A model generated the notes under the pieces. That model ran no database searches. It was not told where the DNA came from and saw nothing but the letters and a program-made list of their open reading frames with translations. Positions 26,924 through 35,620 of a stretch of 41,600 nt of DNA are shown here, in pieces (within the stretch, counting starts at the first letter, position 1; each line of letters begins with the position of its first letter). The translations under genes were made by a program, and so were the position numbers. The DNA is from a virus (lineage: Duplodnaviria > Caudoviricetes): positions 1-41,600 of IMG/VR virus record IMGVR_UViG_3300032116_000469; one strand, 5' to 3'.

Positions 26924-26943
26924 AGCATCTCCTTAACGTACAA

Positions 26944-27378
26944 CTACTGGCACCAGCTTTGTTTTGCCTCACCGTAGTATTCACGTGCGTAGCCGTTCTG
27001 TATCAGCATAGCACGTAGACTAACACCGTCTAAGATCATATCACCTAGCACACGACCACCAAACTTATCCCAACCATATAATATAACCTGACGCTTAAGG
27101 CTTTTAGCAACCGCATTTTTAGTAAATGCTGTTGCAGCTTGTCCACGTTGGTCTTCGCTAGGACATTGAGCTCTGAATCCTTTTTCTGGTGTGTCTACTC
27201 CATAGACTCTAACAGCAAGTTCAGGCTTTAATGGTGCTGGTAAAAATGGTGCTGAGATAACCACAGTATCACCGTCGTTAACTCTAATCACCTGTGCATC
27301 GTATGTGACACCCTGTGGCTGTTTTTGAGCTAAGGCTGTTAGTGGCAGCAATAAAAGTGTTAGTAAAACTTTTTTCAT
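26944..27378 (-). CDS. Thermonuclease (SNase family) with signal peptide
   Basis: DGDT, VRVYGVDTPE, DKFGGRVL, GYAR; N-terminus MKKVLLTLLLLPLTALA. Confidence 0.9.
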   Translation of the reverse strand: MKKVLLTLLLLPLTALAQKQPQGVTYDAQVIRVNDGDTVVISAPFLPAPLKPELAVRVYGVDTPEKGFRAQCPSEDQRGQAATAFTKNAVAKSLKRQVILYGWDKFGGRVLGDMILDGVSLRAMLIQNGYAREYYGEAKQSWCQ

Positions 27379-27379
27379 T

Positions 27380-29008
27380 TTAAGTCATCTCCTGCCATTC
27401 AATGCTGGCGTAAATGTCTTGATTCTGTCCAGTAGTGGCCATGGTGATCACATACTCATAGGGTACACCAGTGAATGGTTCACGTTCCAACTGATAGACA
27501 AATGAGAAACCTTCTTGTGTTGGAGCACTGGCACTTTGATTGGTGCTGTTAATAAAACTCTGTTCCACAATGTCGCCTGACACCAAGGCTGTGGGAGCTA
27601 GATTGTATTGTACTGCACTGTCAGCGGCTGAATCAACCCAAGTGCCACCACTGGTGACAGCATACTTGTAAACTCTAAACTGAAAAAAACTCTGAGCCAA
27701 AGGTACAATACTGTAGTTAATGGGCACAACTACCGCGTCCAACATAGTGGGTTTGAGTCTAATAGCTATCACAGGTACAAAACTCACATCATTGGGCAAT
27801 CGTCTAGGAGTTCCTATCAAGTGTGCAGCAGCTCGCGGATTGCCCAACAACTGATAACCACCTTCTGAAATCACACTGGAGCAGATTTGCCGCAGGCTAC
27901 TAGGCGATGCTGTGGTGCCAGTGTTGGTGATTTCTAGACGCAAAGGCAGTGTAGCTGTGGTGGTATAGGTTGTAGTGTTGTTGACGAATGCTGTACTGGG
28001 CACGTTGGCATGATGGAAATGATGACATTCAACGTAGTTGCCATCGATGATAAATCCTACCCGCACCGTGCCCACACCTAACCATTCAATGTCACAGAAC
28101 CAGATCTGGTCCAAGGCCACATCAAGTTCAATGCCACTGGGATTACTGGCGCCACCCAATCCAGACAGTGTATCTATGTTCCAGTTGGCCTGTAGTACTC
28201 TATCTTCCACGATGGCACCTGAACTGTAGCTACGAATCACCATGTAAAGATCAGTGCCGTTGACTTCAAAGTATATGCCATTCTGAGCACCAAAATAACC
28301 CACACGCTGGCGCAGATTGACTTTGGCTTCATTCATACAGAATGACTGATAGATCAGCAGACTCTTGCCAGGTTGATAGGTAAAAGTTCTAACAGTTTCT
28401 CTAAGCACTTGATCGCCAGATGCTGTGCCCACTGAACACAAAAATGTACTGGAGTTGGCACTGTATACCACATTGGCAGTGGCACCAGTAATAGATGAAC
28501 TGAACTGTTCATGATCATAATATCTAGCCTGAGTATCAAATATAGTAACAGGATTTGAAACACGCAGGCGGCCAAACGCATCTTTGAGTCCATCACCAAA
28601 TGAACTTATGGCAACATTACCACCGGTGACATTGGCATTGACTGTGCCATCAACAGTGATTGATCCACCACCATCAACTATTGTGACGTTGCCGGTAATA
28701 CCAGCTAGGTTGCCTGTGATTCCCACATTGCCAGATGTGATAGCTACGTTGGTATTGCCAGTAATGACCCATGGACTGGTGCCTTGGTACACAGTTACAT
28801 TACCTGAACTTACTGTGACCGGAAGTGTGTTGCCTGTGATATCTACGTTGCCAAGACTACCAATGGCAACATTGCCTACACTGACATTTCCAATAATGGC
28901 AGCATTGGTACGCACAAACACCTGGCCTGTGGCTTGATCAAGCTCCAGGGCCTGCGTGATATTACGCAGGTACCAGGGTGCCACTTCAGTTGGGCTTGGA
29001 ATGGCCAT
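27380..29008 (-). CDS. Virion structural protein (GN-repeat stalk plus beta-sandwich domains)
   Basis: GNV/GNI repeats followed by DAFGRLRVSNP, YQPGKS, WLGVG.VR.GF. Confidence 0.65.
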   Translation of the reverse strand: MAIPSPTEVAPWYLRNITQALELDQATGQVFVRTNAAIIGNVSVGNVAIGSLGNVDITGNTLPVTVSSGNVTVYQGTSPWVITGNTNVAITSGNVGITGNLAGITGNVTIVDGGGSITVDGTVNANVTGGNVAISSFGDGLKDAFGRLRVSNPVTIFDTQARYYDHEQFSSSITGATANVVYSANSSTFLCSVGTASGDQVLRETVRTFTYQPGKSLLIYQSFCMNEAKVNLRQRVGYFGAQNGIYFEVNGTDLYMVIRSYSSGAIVEDRVLQANWNIDTLSGLGGASNPSGIELDVALDQIWFCDIEWLGVGTVRVGFIIDGNYVECHHFHHANVPSTAFVNNTTTYTTTATLPLRLEITNTGTTASPSSLRQICSSVISEGGYQLLGNPRAAAHLIGTPRRLPNDVSFVPVIAIRLKPTMLDAVVVPINYSIVPLAQSFFQFRVYKYAVTSGGTWVDSAADSAVQYNLAPTALVSGDIVEQSFINSTNQSASAPTQEGFSFVYQLEREPFTGVPYEYVITMATTGQNQDIYASIEWQEMT

Positions 29009-29379
29009 TATCTTGGGTATCCTTTGAACGCTTTGACTGGACTAGCAGTGTTGGTGCTAGGCAATTCTTCACTGTCAAGATCGCCTTTGTTTAGATCATG
29101 CCAATCTGCTCCTGCAGCCTGATATGCTTTCTTTAACATTTCTTGTTCTTGTCTAGTGTAAGGGCTAGCAGTTTTATGCTTGCCTACCCAACTGGTAGCT
29201 GGCATGTCAGGTACAAATGTACCGTCGGTACAGGCCACTGCCATCATTACACGATTCAACGTGTAGTCACTGTTCCATTTTTCCGCATCAGACATAAGGT
29301 TAAGGCCCACAGTAGCACTCTGTCTACGTTTGCCAATTTTGCCCTGTTTGGCTTCTTTAATAAATTCTTTTGCCCGCAT
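29008..29379 (-). CDS. Putative head-internal protein
   Basis: N-terminus MRAKEFIKE resembles the T4 capsid-targeting sequence; TAAATA 4 nt upstream. Confidence 0.6.
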   Translation of the reverse strand: MRAKEFIKEAKQGKIGKRRQSATVGLNLMSDAEKWNSDYTLNRVMMAVACTDGTFVPDMPATSWVGKHKTASPYTRQEQEMLKKAYQAAGADWHDLNKGDLDSEELPSTNTASPVKAFKGYPR

Positions 29380-29400
29380 TGTGTATTTAACCGTTTAGCT

Positions 29401-30279
29401 CTATCTGTCGCCTGTGAATACAAATCCCACATAATTTGTATTAACCAAGGCTGATCCATTCCAGTAAGCCGCTACCGTAAGCGGGTCCGATCCGTCGTAG
29501 TTACCAATACCAAATCCATTGGCAGTTTTGAAATCAGGCCCAGGTGCATTACCATCGGTTTTGCCGCCCATGACAAAAGCCCAAACTCCGTCGTCTAAGC
29601 TGAACTTATTGGTAGCATTATAACCAACGCCGACTGACTGTTGACCATTGCTGTAGTTCCAACCCATGTTGCCGGTCACATCGCTAGTGATTGTACCAGC
29701 TCCGTCAATATGGATACCGTATATTCTATTGTAGAGATTGGCAGCATTGTCTGGATAGAAAATGCTAGCTGCTGTTGTTACAACATGGCCGTTAGTGGTA
29801 ACCACATTTGTATCGCTGATTTGATCGTTGGTAAAGACCCAGACCATAAGACCTTGAAAGGAGCCGCCGCCATTGAACATGGCCATGGCCATCCATTTTT
29901 TACCGTCAATTTCTGGTAGACCAAAATCTACACCGCCTTCCATGGCATAGATGCTGAGGCCACTGCTGAGAATGTTGCCTGCCGAGCTGTTATAATAAAA
30001 TCCAAGTCCAGAAAATGTGTGATATCCGCTGGCACTGGCCGTGCCGGTCAACGCTTCTGAACAGGCATTTTTGCCCACGACCGCAAACACGTTGAAATGT
30101 ATGTTGCTGTTGGTGATAAGGGTTTGAGCTGTGCCAAGAGAAGAAGCAGTGATACCAGAAAGACTGTTTAGACTTATGGCACACTGTCGTAATGCATTGA
30201 TAATACCGCCTGGCGGTGTACCATTACCCACAACAGTGCCTCTGCCTAACGACCAACCTGGACCTATTGTGATCGCCAT
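29401..30279 (-). CDS. Hypothetical G/N/S-rich protein, probably virion-associated
   Basis: 292 aa, AGGAG SD, MAITIGPGWSLG.G N-terminus. Confidence 0.7.
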   Translation of the reverse strand: MAITIGPGWSLGRGTVVGNGTPPGGIINALRQCAISLNSLSGITASSLGTAQTLITNSNIHFNVFAVVGKNACSEALTGTASASGYHTFSGLGFYYNSSAGNILSSGLSIYAMEGGVDFGLPEIDGKKWMAMAMFNGGGSFQGLMVWVFTNDQISDTNVVTTNGHVVTTAASIFYPDNAANLYNRIYGIHIDGAGTITSDVTGNMGWNYSNGQQSVGVGYNATNKFSLDDGVWAFVMGGKTDGNAPGPDFKTANGFGIGNYDGSDPLTVAAYWNGSALVNTNYVGFVFTGDR

Positions 30280-30288
30280 GTTGGCTCC

Positions 30289-30558
30289 TTATTGCACGCC
30301 GGCAGTGCCTGAGCTAGCTGTACCTACTTCTTGTGCAGTAAAATTTGTACCAGCAATGGTCAGTTTGTTGCCTACACCTACATACATGTCATATATGGTG
30401 CTTGCCGGAACTTGTGCGCCTTGGAAAATTGCATTAGAAAATGAAGGAGCTACGTTTACGGTCACTGTAACCGCTGTATTGCCAGTGGCTATTCTTACCT
30501 TGTCGGTATTCCATACTAGAGCTGAAACAGATGTGTAAACGTTGGCTTGTGTTGACAT
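30289..30558 (-). CDS. Small beta-rich hypothetical protein
   Basis: 89 aa within the late operon. Confidence 0.7.
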   Translation of the reverse strand: MSTQANVYTSVSALVWNTDKVRIATGNTAVTVTVNVAPSFSNAIFQGAQVPASTIYDMYVGVGNKLTIAGTNFTAQEVGTASSGTAGVQ

Positions 30559-30564
30559 ATTATT

Positions 30565-31032
30565 TTACCATTTTCTGCAGGACCAATATCGTGCTTTGTG
30601 TCTTGGTCCTGGGTTAGAGCAATTGTGTCGTGCTCTAAAAGACTTTCTGCGCTTGGGATTGGATTTTTTGATGCGCATGTTGGGATCGCCAAAGTTGACC
30701 TTGACCACATTGCCCTGTGGATTTTTGACGTAAACTTTGAACTTTTTGACATCACCTTGCATTGGTTTGCCCAATGACACTTTACGACCGCGATATTCTG
30801 CTTCGTCGATGCCTAGCATTTCTTCGTCATCGCCTTCAAAACTGATGCCATAGTTTTCGAACAATGAAAATAGTCGGTCATCTGCGGCGATCACAAAGCC
30901 ATCCTCCACGTGCTCAGTGACCACGGTTTCTACTAGGCATTCTTCTCTGAGATTAACAGCGAATACATCACCCACCTGCGGTGATGAAAATTCCGCTTCT
31001 GCTTCAGTGATGTATTCTTTTAGTGTTTTCAT
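30565..31032 (-). CDS. Putative head-internal protein with a basic C-terminal domain (DUF6321-like)
   Basis: MKTLKEYITE N-terminus; C-terminal KKFKVYV...FGDPNM...RRKSFRARH.C...ARYWSC..W. Confidence 0.65.
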   Translation of the reverse strand: MKTLKEYITEAEAEFSSPQVGDVFAVNLREECLVETVVTEHVEDGFVIAADDRLFSLFENYGISFEGDDEEMLGIDEAEYRGRKVSLGKPMQGDVKKFKVYVKNPQGNVVKVNFGDPNMRIKKSNPKRRKSFRARHNCSNPGPRHKARYWSCRKW

Positions 31033-33707
31033 TGCTGTTTGACTTGTTTATATAAATTCCACAGATTGCCTTCGATCTTTTTAGATTCGGCTACGTCACC
31101 AATAGGACCAAGATTGACCTGTGCTGCCTGCTTGTGTGCCAACTTGTCCATGGCCAATGGGTTATCGCCCATGTTGTTAGGGTTGACCTGTAGCTTGGGA
31201 CCGTTTAGACCACCAGCAATAGTTTGTGTCATATAGTTTGTGCTGCGCATTTCTTCTTCAGGACTGTTAGCATAATCTTCGTCCATTTGTTCACATCCGC
31301 AACTGCTGCTACCACAACCTGGGCATACATCGCTGTCGCTGCTGTCTTGGCCAATGCCGCTGAGTTTTAACAGCTGAGCCAATGCACTAGCATCATCATC
31401 GGTAGCAGTAACAGTAATACTCTTACGACCTTCGCTGCTGGTGCTGATGTTAATGTCCATGCTTTCACTGATAGCAGACTCAATGCGTGAATTGTAGGTT
31501 TCGTAGACACCTTTGCCAAACTGGATGCCGCCTTTTTTACCGCCTTTAGGTGCTTCAGTAGAAGTAGCTACTGAACCTGACGTAGTGGTTTCTTCTACTT
31601 CTTCGGCTTTCTTGTCTTTTTTCTTGGCCATCTTGGTAGCGGTAGCATACATTACTTCTTCGCCTCGCTCGCCGTAGCGTTTTTCAAAGTCACCTTTGCT
31701 TTTCTTCATTGACTTGACATACTTTTCACGCTTGCCCATTTCAGGTTTGGTTAGTTTACGCTCGTCCATTTCCTTGTTGGTTTCATCCACAGGAATCACA
31801 CCGGCCAACTTGCGCTGGTAGCTGCCCTCAGGTCTGCTGTCAGTGGCAGGGGCGGTGGCCCAAACAGGTAGATTGTCGGTCTGTCCTTTTTGTATCTGTT
31901 TATATACTTTCAAAACCGTCTCGCCTCTATCTGCATTGTCGATACCAAGACGATATTCTGCTGCTCGGTCATACAAGGACATTAGTCCCTCTTTGTGTGA
32001 TGCTAGACCTGGGTTGCTGTCTATCCAATCTTCAAAATGATTTCTAGCGTGAACGGTAGGATTCCACTCACCTGCAATGGCTCTACCAGCTTTTCTAGCA
32101 TAACCTTTAACGGTATCCATTATACCTTCATCCGTCTTGTCATGCTTGGCACGTATCTGGGCCATTTTTTCTTTGCTTGCACCTTCACGACCGGCTTTTT
32201 GTAATGCTGCCATTCCATCTTTGCCATACTTCTTCTTGCCTAGATAGGCTTGTAGGCCGCTTTCTTCTACTGCATCTTCCGACATACCTTTGTCTCTTTT
32301 AAGTGCTGCTGGAGTATCGTCTTTACTCCAATCCCAGCTTGATTTTTGACCTGACTTGTCTAAATCTCTTGCGCCTTTAGCTACTGCTTGATTATAACCA
32401 TCGGCACGTTTATTCCATAGTCTGTCAAACTTTCCTTGTGGATCCGCAGATCCATGACCTTCTTTTCCTGCTTTGGCTCTACCAAATGCCCAACCGCGCT
32501 GACCTTTAGCTTTGTCTGCATAACTGCTTAGTGTATCTGGGCTAAGTTCATTGACCTGCATCATATCACTGTCGTGGCGCTCTTGATCCATGTAGTCATT
32601 GCTGGCATTGATATAATCTAGTGCCTTGGTAATCTTGCTCTGTACCCACTCTGGCAAATCCTGATCATCATCTAAGATACTGGCCAGTTCATCTGCGGCC
32701 TGTGTCAAAGTATGCAGTTGATCCTTGGCCATATCGCCTTCTTGATCATACTCGCCTTGATCTTCAATGTCATCTGAACCTTCTGTCATTTGATGATTAA
32801 TATCATTTTCTAACTGATTGGCAATCCATTCATACGGATCACCTTCGCGAGCCTTGGCAACACCGTATGGCATCTCACCGCTGCTCAAATAGTAATCATA
32901 CAGTGCATCGTATAAATCGTAGCTTAGATCTTCACCGTTAAGAAAAGCACGTACATCACCACGATGTCTTGCTAGAATATCTTGTAGTTCGCCGCTGCCT
33001 TCTTTGGTCAGTAGCTTGCTCTTGCCTGTTGGGCCACGTGCGCCAATGGCACGTTTGGTGCCTTTTGGTCGTCCACGACCACGCTTTTCACCTGCGGCAG
33101 GCTGCGCACGTTTCTTCTTTTCGTTGCCCCACTCATCGTAGTCATCATCATTGCCGCTGTCGTCACGGTCACTGCGATAGCCGTACTTCTTGTGAATGTT
33201 ACGTTCGCTTTCTGGATCTTTGGAGCTGGGATTCTTTTCAGCGTGTTTCTGTGCGGCCTTGATCAGGTTGATATCTAGCTCGTCGAGCTTTGCCTTGTCC
33301 TTGGCTGCTTTTTTCATTGGTTCGGTTTTGTTGCCATCTTTGTCAAGATCAATGAAGTCTGGCTTACCACCTTCTTGTACTTTTTCCATGTCGCCGTCGC
33401 CGTCTAGGTCGGCCTGCTTTTTACCAGCGGCACGTGCCTTGGCTAGATTGCCTGTAAATAGATTACCTTCATCAAAGTCGGCTTCGTCGGCTCTGCCACT
33501 ACGAAATACCTTAGCGTCTGCGGCCTTGTTCATGTCGTCGGTTCTTTTTTCTGCTGCTTGACTACCAGCATCTTTGGCTTTTCTAATGTAGGCAGGAACC
33601 TTGCTTGCAGGATCTTGTGGATCTTTGACCCAACGACGCTCGTCGCCTTCGTTTAGTGGCTGGCCGACTCGATTCAAGCGTTCCAGAATGTCGTAAATAT
33701 TTTCCAT
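31029..33707 (-). CDS. Large charged modular protein, putative head-internal polyprotein
   Basis: 892 aa of alternating acidic and basic modules separated by hydrophobic-x-E sites; AT-hook; DxDxDG motifs. Confidence 0.65.
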   Translation of the reverse strand: MENIYDILERLNRVGQPLNEGDERRWVKDPQDPASKVPAYIRKAKDAGSQAAEKRTDDMNKAADAKVFRSGRADEADFDEGNLFTGNLAKARAAGKKQADLDGDGDMEKVQEGGKPDFIDLDKDGNKTEPMKKAAKDKAKLDELDINLIKAAQKHAEKNPSSKDPESERNIHKKYGYRSDRDDSGNDDDYDEWGNEKKKRAQPAAGEKRGRGRPKGTKRAIGARGPTGKSKLLTKEGSGELQDILARHRGDVRAFLNGEDLSYDLYDALYDYYLSSGEMPYGVAKAREGDPYEWIANQLENDINHQMTEGSDDIEDQGEYDQEGDMAKDQLHTLTQAADELASILDDDQDLPEWVQSKITKALDYINASNDYMDQERHDSDMMQVNELSPDTLSSYADKAKGQRGWAFGRAKAGKEGHGSADPQGKFDRLWNKRADGYNQAVAKGARDLDKSGQKSSWDWSKDDTPAALKRDKGMSEDAVEESGLQAYLGKKKYGKDGMAALQKAGREGASKEKMAQIRAKHDKTDEGIMDTVKGYARKAGRAIAGEWNPTVHARNHFEDWIDSNPGLASHKEGLMSLYDRAAEYRLGIDNADRGETVLKVYKQIQKGQTDNLPVWATAPATDSRPEGSYQRKLAGVIPVDETNKEMDERKLTKPEMGKREKYVKSMKKSKGDFEKRYGERGEEVMYATATKMAKKKDKKAEEVEETTTSGSVATSTEAPKGGKKGGIQFGKGVYETYNSRIESAISESMDINISTSSEGRKSITVTATDDDASALAQLLKLSGIGQDSSDSDVCPGCGSSSCGCEQMDEDYANSPEEEMRSTNYMTQTIAGGLNGPKLQVNPNNMGDNPLAMDKLAHKQAAQVNLGPIGDVAESKKIEGNLWNLYKQVKQQ

Positions 33708-33712
33708 CTTGA

Positions 33713-34303
33713 TTATCCTTGGGGTTGTCTGCCCGTTGCTGGTTTAGGTGGGCGTGTCAATTTAGTAAACGGGCTTTTGGTACCCATTGGTAATTCGTTA
33801 GTGGTAGTTGCAGGTGCAGTGCGTCCACCTGCAATCTCAAACTTGGCACCGTCGGCAGAATTTTGGATCACCTCTGCTGAGGCATGTGCCTTCGAAGCTG
33901 CCTTTTGTTTGGCATTTGGATTGGGAAGGTCTTTGGTCAACAGAGGTGAAACTTCGGTATCAGCCAGTTGTTGCTCCAGGCCGTCCATGTATGCTTGAGT
34001 GTTTATTCTAATTCTATTTGGGTCACCGCCCATGCTGTGCCATATAGCTGTGATCTCCTGCGGAGTTGCAGGATAGTTGAATGTGGCATCAATGATATGC
34101 ACAGGCTCGTTTAGAATGCCATCAAAACCCATTGGCGATTTTTGTACCGGGGTTTTCTTTGGCTTAGTCATGCTTACTGGATCGTATTTGGCCAATGCAT
34201 CTTCAAGATGCTTCAGTTGATCGCTGCTGAGTTCACCAGCAATTCTAATACGATAGTCGAAAGTTTTCTTGCTTTCTGTCAAATAATCTACAAAGGTTTT
34301 CAT
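33713..34303 (-). CDS. Putative prohead/internal protein
   Basis: MKTFVDYLTE N-terminus; TAAATA at 34321-34326; GAGGA SD. Confidence 0.65.
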   Translation of the reverse strand: MKTFVDYLTESKKTFDYRIRIAGELSSDQLKHLEDALAKYDPVSMTKPKKTPVQKSPMGFDGILNEPVHIIDATFNYPATPQEITAIWHSMGGDPNRIRINTQAYMDGLEQQLADTEVSPLLTKDLPNPNAKQKAASKAHASAEVIQNSADGAKFEIAGGRTAPATTTNELPMGTKSPFTKLTRPPKPATGRQPQG

Positions 34304-34333
34304 AGGATGTCCTCTTGACGTATTTAGCGTAGT

Positions 34334-34810
34334 TTAAGATTCTGAGTCAGTGCGAGGTTTCAGAATACGATCTAACAATTCATTGCGATCCAGTATAACT
34401 CCCTGTGCCGTGGGTGTCGTATCCGTACCCGAATCAAGATCTAGTCGCTGCTTACGCAATTGCAGATCAATCATCTTTAATTTTTTGTTAATTTTTGCGG
34501 TCTTGGCAGTGATAGCATGACCTAACATAGTGCCTGCTACTGCAAAAATTTCACTGGCATATCTGGAATCTACCTGCATGCCCAGATCCATAAGATTGTC
34601 AAAACTTTCCTTAGCCGAAGAGGCTAATTCATCCATTTCTTGATCGCTGGCATCTAGCCCTTTGACCGCGGGCAAGGCCAATTCAATTTTATCCAGGGTT
34701 TGGAGACTTTGTGGCAACAGTTGCAGATCAGAGCCGGATTCAACTACAGGTTCCGATGCGTCGTCGCTTTTGGTAGGTAGATCAAACAGTTCTTCAAGTT
34801 TACGGGTCAT
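34334..34810 (-). CDS. Probable terminase small subunit (gp16-like)
   Basis: 158-aa helical protein with a ...SRYASEIFAVA...L core and a C-terminal ILDRNELL; sits in the morphogenesis block. Confidence 0.5.
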   Translation of the reverse strand: MTRKLEELFDLPTKSDDASEPVVESGSDLQLLPQSLQTLDKIELALPAVKGLDASDQEMDELASSAKESFDNLMDLGMQVDSRYASEIFAVAGTMLGHAITAKTAKINKKLKMIDLQLRKQRLDLDSGTDTTPTAQGVILDRNELLDRILKPRTDSES

Positions 34811-34817
34811 ACCGTAT

Positions 34818-35258
34818 TTATCGACGTTTTTTTGAGCCGTTTCTAAACATGTCGTCTTCGGTAATAACTCTAAATTGCAGCCCTTGTCGCTGGCACCATT
34901 TCATAGCAGCATCCCATTTGGCATAGTTTACTGCCACTATAGCCCGGTCCCGTTCTTTGGCTCGTTCGTTGATAATGCTTTGACTCTTGGGCTTGATTTC
35001 AATCACTTCAGCACGTATGCTGTTGTTGCGGTTTTTGTATACCACCAAGAAGTCGGGCACGTAGTTGGTCATTTTGCCAGTAAGCGGGTGACGATACGGT
35101 ATGCTGATACTTTCACTGGCCCATTGTATGATGTTGTCGTTGCTGTCACAAAAACGCATAAAGGTATGCTCCCACCCAGAGCGATACCGAGGACTGTTTC
35201 TACCTACGTACTTTTGTGGATTAAGTGGGGTGAATAACCCCTGTGCAAATTTGCTCAT
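34818..35258 (-). CDS. Head completion nuclease (T4 gp4-like, TnsA N-terminal fold)
   Basis: G.F.P.NP.KY.G, YRSGWE, WASE, IPY, Y.PDF, IEIKP, N.AKW.AA, F.VITE. Confidence 0.9.
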   Translation of the reverse strand: MSKFAQGLFTPLNPQKYVGRNSPRYRSGWEHTFMRFCDSNDNIIQWASESISIPYRHPLTGKMTNYVPDFLVVYKNRNNSIRAEVIEIKPKSQSIINERAKERDRAIVAVNYAKWDAAMKWCQRQGLQFRVITEDDMFRNGSKKRR

Positions 35259-35620
35259 ATCTGCACATTGCGAGCTGCGTAATAGTTAGGAGTTACCTGA
35301 GCTTGCACACCAATCATGGTTGCCGGACTTCTAATCTCGTTTAGGTAGTAGGCAATCAAGGCAGTGACTTCCAACTGTGATTTACCTACAAAATCATCTA
35401 GCAAAACTATGGCAGGTATACCTTGTTGATCAGCAATACGAAAAACCGCATAGGTAAAATTTTGTGCGCTTTCTTTGTTTCTACTTAGATTATAAAAATA
35501 CGAATACAATGTATCGTATTCGTTCACTGGTACATTCAATTCAAAGTTGTAGAAGCGATCAAAAATTCTTACTGTTTGATCTAACTGTGTTTGTGCTGTG
35601 TTGAGACTAGGAGTACTCAT
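35255..35620 (-). CDS. Hypothetical morphogenesis protein
   Basis: 121 aa, translationally coupled on both sides. Confidence 0.7.
   Translation of the reverse strand: MSTPSLNTAQTQLDQTVRIFDRFYNFELNVPVNEYDTLYSYFYNLSRNKESAQNFTYAVFRIADQQGIPAIVLLDDFVGKSQLEVTALIAYYLNEIRSPATMIGVQAQVTPNYYAARNVQI

Noticed and set aside
34818-35258. TnsA-like nuclease as a sign of a Tn7 transposon
   Set aside because: Motifs and context match the T4 gp4 head-completion protein; no tnsB/tnsC or terminal repeats are present.
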